Below, piece by piece: positions 29,526-34,463 of a DNA stretch of 34,463 nucleotides. Source of the stretch: Fidelibacterota bacterium (GTDB lineage Bacteria; Fidelibacterota; Marinisomatia; Marinisomatales; TCS56); the NCBI GenBank assembly GCA_043822705.1, contig JBDRBK010000133.1:1-34463 (forward strand). Direction: 5' to 3'. A program made the translations under genes and the position numbers. The notes under the pieces are model-generated. The model was given only the letters and a program-made list of their open reading frames with translations. It made no database searches and was not told the DNA's origin. Numbering within the stretch: the stretch's first letter is position 1; each line of letters starts with the position of its first letter.

Positions 29526-29594
29526 GTTGTTGAAGGGCCGGTTATTTAAAACCGAATTCCTGACGGAAGGACAATAATTCGCAGATCAGTTTGA

Positions 29595-31229
29595 TCATTT
29601 TTCCGCCATGAAGGGATAACGATAGTCGGTGGGTGGAACAAAAGTTTCCTTGATCGTCCGCTGCGAAACCCAGCGCAGCAGATTGAACATCGAACCGGCC
29701 TTGTCATTGGTACCCGAGGCCCGGCCGCCGCCGAATGGCTGCTGCCCGACCACGGCGCCGGTGGGTTTATCGTTGATATAGAAATTGCCGGCGGCGTGGG
29801 TCAATGCGCCCGCCGCTTCGATCACGGCCTGGCGATCGTTGGCAAAAACACAGCCGGTCAAAGCGTAGGGTGAGGTCCGGTCGACCAGCCGCAAAGTTTC
29901 GGACCACTTGTTCGAATCATAGACATAGATCGTCAGGACGGGACCGAAAATTTCGTCCTGCATCGTTTTGAACTGGGGATCGGTGGTAACGATCGTAGTC
30001 GGCTCGATGAAATAGCCTTCCGAGTCGTCGTAATTGCCACCGGTGATGATAGTGGCCGCAGCAGAATTGCGGGCATAGTCAATATAGGCGGTGATGGAAT
30101 CGAACGCGCCCTTATCGATGACGGCATTCATGAAATTACTGAAATCCTCCACATCGCCCATTCTGATGTCATTGACCTGTTCGACGTAACGTTCGCGAAT
30201 TTCATCCCAGATTACGTTCGGGATGTAGGCACGCGAGAGAGCCGAACATTTTTGTCCCTGGTATTCGAAAGCGCCGCGGACCATGGCCGTTGCCAGCCCG
30301 GCGATGTCGGCCGATTCATGGGCGATGCAAAAGTCCTTACCGCCGGTTTCGCCGACGATCCGCGGGTAGCTTTTATACCTGTTGATGTTATTTCCCAGTG
30401 ACCGCCACATACTTTGGAAAACGCCCGTGGAACCGGTGAAATGAATACCGGCCAGGTCGGGACTATCCAGCACCACCGGACCGACTTTGGAACCGGGACC
30501 CGGTATGAAATTGACCACACCGTCGGGCAGTCCGGCCTTCTTGAAAAGCTGCATCAGGTAATAGGCCGGGTACACGGCGCTGGACGCCGGTTTCCACAGA
30601 GAGACATTGCCCATCAGGGCCGGGGCCGTCGGCAGATTTCCGGCGATCGAGGCGAAGTTGAAGGGCGTTACGGCGAAGATGAAGCCTTCCAGCGGCCGAT
30701 GTTCCATCATATTCCAGGTGCCGTTGGGCGAATACAGTGGTTGCTGCTCGAAGATCTCCTGCGCATACATGGTGTTGAAATCGTAAAAATTGACCAGTTC
30801 GCAGGCGGAATCGATCTCGGCCTGGTAGGCGTTTTTACTCATGTTCAGCATGGTGGCGGCATTGACGGTCTGCCGGTAGGGACCGGCCAGCAGCGAGGCC
30901 ATTTTCCGGAAGATCGCCACCCGATCTTCCCAAGGCATTTTCGACCAGGTTTTCCAGGCCTGCCGTGCGGCAGCGATGGCTTCCGCTACTTCTTTTTCAC
31001 CAGCCAGATGATATTTAGCGATTGTTGTTTTATGATTATGTGGAAGTACGCAATCAGCTGTTTTTCCGGTCCGGACTTCCTTCCCGCCGATAATCAACGG
31101 TATTTCAATTTCGGTGGACCGCAGTTCGGCCAGCTTCGATTTCAGTTCCGCCTTCTCCGGGGAGCCGGGTGCATATTCCTTGATCGGCTCGTTCACTGCT
31201 TTGGGGACGGAAACTTTAATATTCGGCAT
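29595..31229 (-). CDS. pruA: L-glutamate gamma-semialdehyde (P5C) dehydrogenase
   Basis: ALDH4-type motifs NEPI..Y.PGS.E, QAEID, PFNF, FTGST, GETGGKDF, FEYQGQKCSA, EIFGP and GQQPFGGGRASGTNDK. Confidence 0.95.
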   Translation of the reverse strand: MPNIKVSVPKAVNEPIKEYAPGSPEKAELKSKLAELRSTEIEIPLIIGGKEVRTGKTADCVLPHNHKTTIAKYHLAGEKEVAEAIAAARQAWKTWSKMPWEDRVAIFRKMASLLAGPYRQTVNAATMLNMSKNAYQAEIDSACELVNFYDFNTMYAQEIFEQQPLYSPNGTWNMMEHRPLEGFIFAVTPFNFASIAGNLPTAPALMGNVSLWKPASSAVYPAYYLMQLFKKAGLPDGVVNFIPGPGSKVGPVVLDSPDLAGIHFTGSTGVFQSMWRSLGNNINRYKSYPRIVGETGGKDFCIAHESADIAGLATAMVRGAFEYQGQKCSALSRAYIPNVIWDEIRERYVEQVNDIRMGDVEDFSNFMNAVIDKGAFDSITAYIDYARNSAAATIITGGNYDDSEGYFIEPTTIVTTDPQFKTMQDEIFGPVLTIYVYDSNKWSETLRLVDRTSPYALTGCVFANDRQAVIEAAGALTHAAGNFYINDKPTGAVVGQQPFGGGRASGTNDKAGSMFNLLRWVSQRTIKETFVPPTDYRYPFMAEK

Positions 31230-31359
31230 TATACGCCTCCATTTGGGATGATTGATAAAATATCATGAGAAAAAGCCCCAAAATTTACCAGCCGATAAAA
31301 ATCATAAGCAAGGTAGATCGACCGGCGGCAAGTCCGTGGTAGACCGGGCAAGTGCTGTT

Positions 31360-32334
31360 TTAAGTCTGTACCAATAAAAATATTTCATCCAGGATGGCAT
31401 TCATGTAGTCGGCGTCCCGGGCGGTCACCAGGCGGTGACGAAATCCGGCCGCTCCCGGAAAGCCCTTCAGGTAGTAGCCGAAATGTTTCCGCATCAGGTT
31501 GGGACCGGCCACCGGTCCGCGGTAATCGACCTGCATTTGCAGATGCCGGCGGCACAGTTCCAGGCGATCAGACAACGATGGGGTAGTAGTAAGATCACTG
31601 TTGTTCCAGGCCTCCGACAATTCCCGGAAAATAAAGGGATTGCCCAGGGCCGCCCGGCCGATCATGACACCGTCGCAACCGGTCTCGGCCAGCATTCGTT
31701 GCATATCCGCGGCCGAACGAATATCGCCGTTGCCGATCACCGGTATATTAATATAGGACTTCAGGTCCCGGATCAGGGACCAATCCGCCTGGCCGTCATA
31801 ATTCTGTTTGGTGGTGCGCGGGTGCAGGGTAATGGCCTTGACGCCCAGTTTTTCCAGCAGTCCGCCGGCTTCCAGCGCCACGATCGAATTTTTATCCCAA
31901 CCCGAGCGCATCTTGACCGTCACCGGCACTTTCTTGACGGCACCGACCACCGCTGCCGTTATCTCATCCATCAGGCAAAGATCGCGCAGGGCGGCCGAGC
32001 CGGCCCCTTTTTTGGTGACTTTCGGCACCGGGCAGCCATAGTTGATGTCGATGATGTCAGGTTTGAAGCGGTTCACCAGCATCCGCGCCGCATCGGCCAT
32101 GACCTGCGGATCGTCGCCGAAGATTTGAATGCCGATCGGTCGTTCGAATTCGCTGAAGCGAACCATGTCCAGTGTTTTGGCGTTTTCGCGGATGATGCCG
32201 TCGGCAGAAACAAATTCCGAATACACGACACCGGCACCGAATTCCTTGCAGAGGATTCGAAACGGATAGTCGCTGACACCGGCCATCGGTGCCAGAAAAA
32301 CAGGTGTTTTGATATTCAGTCGGCCGATTTGCAT
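31360..32334 (-). CDS. dusB: tRNA-dihydrouridine synthase B
   Basis: LAPMAGVSD, QIFG, DINYGCPV, VTVKMRSGW, LHPRT, GNGDI and MIGRAALGNP. Confidence 0.93.
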   Translation of the reverse strand: MQIGRLNIKTPVFLAPMAGVSDYPFRILCKEFGAGVVYSEFVSADGIIRENAKTLDMVRFSEFERPIGIQIFGDDPQVMADAARMLVNRFKPDIIDINYGCPVPKVTKKGAGSAALRDLCLMDEITAAVVGAVKKVPVTVKMRSGWDKNSIVALEAGGLLEKLGVKAITLHPRTTKQNYDGQADWSLIRDLKSYINIPVIGNGDIRSAADMQRMLAETGCDGVMIGRAALGNPFIFRELSEAWNNSDLTTTPSLSDRLELCRRHLQMQVDYRGPVAGPNLMRKHFGYYLKGFPGAAGFRHRLVTARDADYMNAILDEIFLLVQT

Positions 32335-32828
32335 TATTTGTCCGATTGTGTCAAACCAGGGAAATTTTCTTCGTACATCAGGTAACGGGACTGTTGCATT
32401 CCCAGATTTTCGTAGGCACGTTGAGCCCGGATGTTGTCACTGTCAACATACAGCCGTAAGCCGCAGATGTTCCCCGTCGTCCGTGCCAGTTCACGGGCAT
32501 GCCCATAAAGTCGGCTGAAAATCCCGGATTTGCGAAATTCCGGGGCGATGTAAACCGACTGTATCCACCAGAAATAACCGTCGCGCCAGTCGGACCATTC
32601 CCGGGTGATCAGCAACTGACCGACGATTCGACTTTCGGTTTCGGCCACCAGATAAAAACCGCGATTGTCGTCACCCAGCAGAGTGTTTACACCGTGTGTC
32701 ACGGTAGCCGTGTCCAGGTTCAGATTCTCGGTCTCACTGGCGATGCCGCGGTTGAATTTAACGATCACGGGCGCATCGTCCGCTGTCGCCCGGCGGATAA
32801 TCACAGTATTCATAGGCAACCTTTTCAT
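32334..32828 (-). CDS. GNAT-family N-acetyltransferase
   Basis: IRRATADD, EWSDWRDG..WWIQSVY..PEFR..G, and RLYVD..N..AQ..Y..LGM. TAATG coupling to dusB. The start may be 32813. Confidence 0.9.
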   Translation of the reverse strand: MKRLPMNTVIIRRATADDAPVIVKFNRGIASETENLNLDTATVTHGVNTLLGDDNRGFYLVAETESRIVGQLLITREWSDWRDGYFWWIQSVYIAPEFRKSGIFSRLYGHARELARTTGNICGLRLYVDSDNIRAQRAYENLGMQQSRYLMYEENFPGLTQSDK

Positions 32829-32858
32829 TTGTGCTTTTAAAAATGAAGCGTAAATTTG
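32828..32858 (+). promoter_or_regulatory. Putative Bacteroidota-type housekeeping promoter for rpmB
   Basis: TTTG (32828-32831), 19-nt spacer, TAAATTTG (32851-32858), matching the TTTG-N19-21-TAnnTTTG consensus. Confidence 0.55.
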
Positions 32859-32902
32859 CTGGCTTTTTAAGCTAAGAACAAATTAATTATCTGGAGAATA
32901 TA

Positions 32903-33139
32903 ATGAGCCGAGTCTGCGACGTAACAGGAAAAAAACCGTTATATGGCAATAACGTCAGCCACGCTCACAATAAATCGCGCCGGCGGTTCAATATCAACCT
33001 GAAAACCAAGCGCTTCTGGTTGCCCGATGAAAAACGGTTCGTCACCCTGACCGTTTCCACCCAGGGGATGCGCCTGATCGATAAAAAGGGTATCCGCCGA
33101 GTCATCAACGACATGCGGGCCGACGGGCAGAAAATCTGA
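32903..33139 (+). CDS. rpmB: 50S ribosomal protein L28
   Basis: [41 protein letters not shown]. Confidence 0.98.
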   Translation: MSRVCDVTGKKPLYGNNVSHAHNKSRRRFNINLKTKRFWLPDEKRFVTLTVSTQGMRLIDKKGIRRVINDMRADGQKI

Positions 33140-33166
33140 CCGGCACTTTACCTGCTAAAGACTATT

Positions 33167-33196
33167 AAATGCCCGGTATTACCGGGCATTTCTTTT
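33167..33196 (+). terminator. Rho-independent terminator after rpmB
   Basis: Perfect 11-bp inverted repeat AAATGCCCGGT-att-ACCGGGCATTT followed by CTTTT. Confidence 0.85.
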
Positions 33197-33467
33197 ATCA
33201 GGAATGTGTTTCGTCAAAGGAAGTTGGACAGATTTGATTATTGGATAAGAGAGACATTGAGCGCTACTGTTTGATGGTTATCTGCTCTCATATTGGCAAA
33301 TTTACGATTGTTTAGAGTTTGTATCTTTAACCTTTCCCCTTAGTTTCACCCACTCCTATGATTGGCAGATATTTAGAGTCCGAGTTTGGTTAATATTCAT
33401 CCCTCATCATTCGCTGGTGGCTGGTAGATTTCATCGATATTGCAATATGACATCTAGTCCCCGTATT

Positions 33468-33947
33468 CTATTTTTCATGAAGATATGAAGCAACTGAATA
33501 CTTTTTGCCGTGTTTCTCAAATAACTCCACAATAAACTCATTGGGGTTAATGATCAGAATCTCACCAGGGTAGAATTCACCGGAGCCCAGGTATGCGTCA
33601 CCTTGGATTTCCACTATATCAACACCACAGGTCTTTAGCATTGGCCTACCTTCATGCTGAATCCATTTTAATACAACTGAACGATAGGGAGGTTCTTTAA
33701 AATCCATTAATGAAGCCTTTGGAAACGGGAAATACATTATTACCCCATCTCCACCTATTTTCTTAGCATCGCCTAATTTGAAGCTCTCGTAAGTCGCATA
33801 TAAATCCTTCAAATGCTGTGGATCGTATCCTTCATCGGTTAATCCGCCTGCCTCATTACAGCCAATAAAACCACCCACGATTATGGGTACTGCGATGCCG
33901 ATTGCCATAAAGATAAATTTACGCCTTGATATTTGATCTGTGGACAT
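33468..33947 (-). CDS. Hypothetical Tat-exported lipoprotein
   Basis: ATG 33947 with GGAGG SD, twin-arginine motif SRRKFI, a hydrophobic region and lipobox FIGC. AT-rich coding sequence. Confidence 0.65.
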   Translation of the reverse strand: MSTDQISRRKFIFMAIGIAVPIIVGGFIGCNEAGGLTDEGYDPQHLKDLYATYESFKLGDAKKIGGDGVIMYFPFPKASLMDFKEPPYRSVVLKWIQHEGRPMLKTCGVDIVEIQGDAYLGSGEFYPGEILIINPNEFIVELFEKHGKKYSVASYLHEK

Positions 33948-34050
33948 GAAACCTCCACTCAGTGTAAGTTTTTTGATTCTTTCGGACACTTCAGCTGAAA
34001 AACCAAGGTGCACTTTTGTGGTTAAGAGTTGGTGGTAATTTACTGTTTTA

Positions 34051-34338
34051 TTGATTGACCCGCCCCCAATTTATTATACCAAGTTTAATGAGAAAACTCG
34101 CATTTTAACCGGACCAATTTCCGGGGAGGAGGTCACAACCAAACTCGAACTCTACAAGTGGGCCAATCAATGGGGGCGGGTCATTAATCGGTTCCGGTCT
34201 ATTGACCAATTAGCCTGCTATATTGGTCTTATTCCAAGAGAAAAATCCAGTGGTGAAAAGCAGAATGTCTTCGGCATCGACACCAGAGGTAACCGAATAT
34301 TAAAAACCTTGTTGATTGAAAACCCGCGCGATTTTTAA
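34051..34338 (+). pseudogene. IS110-family transposase remnant (C-terminal domain fragment)
   Basis: RFRSIDQLACYIGLIPREKSSGE......I..RGNRILKTLLIE matches the IS110/IS116/IS902 C-terminal motif. The N-terminal DEDD/RuvC-like domain and the C-terminal end are missing. Confidence 0.8.
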
Positions 34339-34463
34339 TTCTTGTCGTGTTTTGTAGGATTTAATAAGCTATAGCAATAAGATTGTAATATGGCGTGAGC
34401 GTAGCTGACGGAGCATTACAATCATGGCCTGAACCATTTCCTCAAGCAATAGAGGAACCATGA

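Noticed and set aside
33230..33310. Minus-strand TAAATTTG followed by a 17-codon ORF (MRADNHQTVALNVSLIQ)
   Set aside because: Too short, with no SD or recognisable features; likely chance in AT-rich DNA.

Overview
Bacterial chromosomal window, mostly GC-rich housekeeping genes. Gene content, lipoprotein style and promoter motifs suggest an FCB-superphylum organism, possibly Marinimicrobia-like (inference only). Left to right: the 3' end of metK, ahcY and a terminator; an uncharacterised ~1000-aa acidic lipoprotein translationally coupled to a FadL/TraF/PorV-like outer-membrane barrel; lptG, prmA and DUF503 (minus); murQ, a GNAT, an ICMT-family membrane methyltransferase and a YD-like repeat lipoprotein; phosphomannomutase, polyprenyl synthase, bifunctional PGI/PMI and a DUF151 nuclease; the minus-strand yceD-rpmF-plsX-fabH-fabD-fabG-acpP-fabF-rnc cluster; a minus-strand run pruA, arcE-like, arcC, sucC, sucD, ndk, SPOR lipoprotein and Cys-rich membrane protein ending in a terminator; a GNAT with dusB; and rpmB with a terminator. 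The last ~1.2 kb is AT-rich and holds a Tat lipoprotein gene and an IS110 remnant. The most notable items are (i) a probable ATP-conserving arginine synthetase (ArcE) and carbamate kinase pair among other substrate-level phosphorylation enzymes, behind a strongly structured leader, (ii) the lipoprotein-barrel pair, rich in D-S/T-hydrophobic O-glycosylation-like sequons, and (iii) a membrane protein with a CSGGCSGCGGCGLCC cluster. No rRNA, tRNA or CRISPR array was seen.
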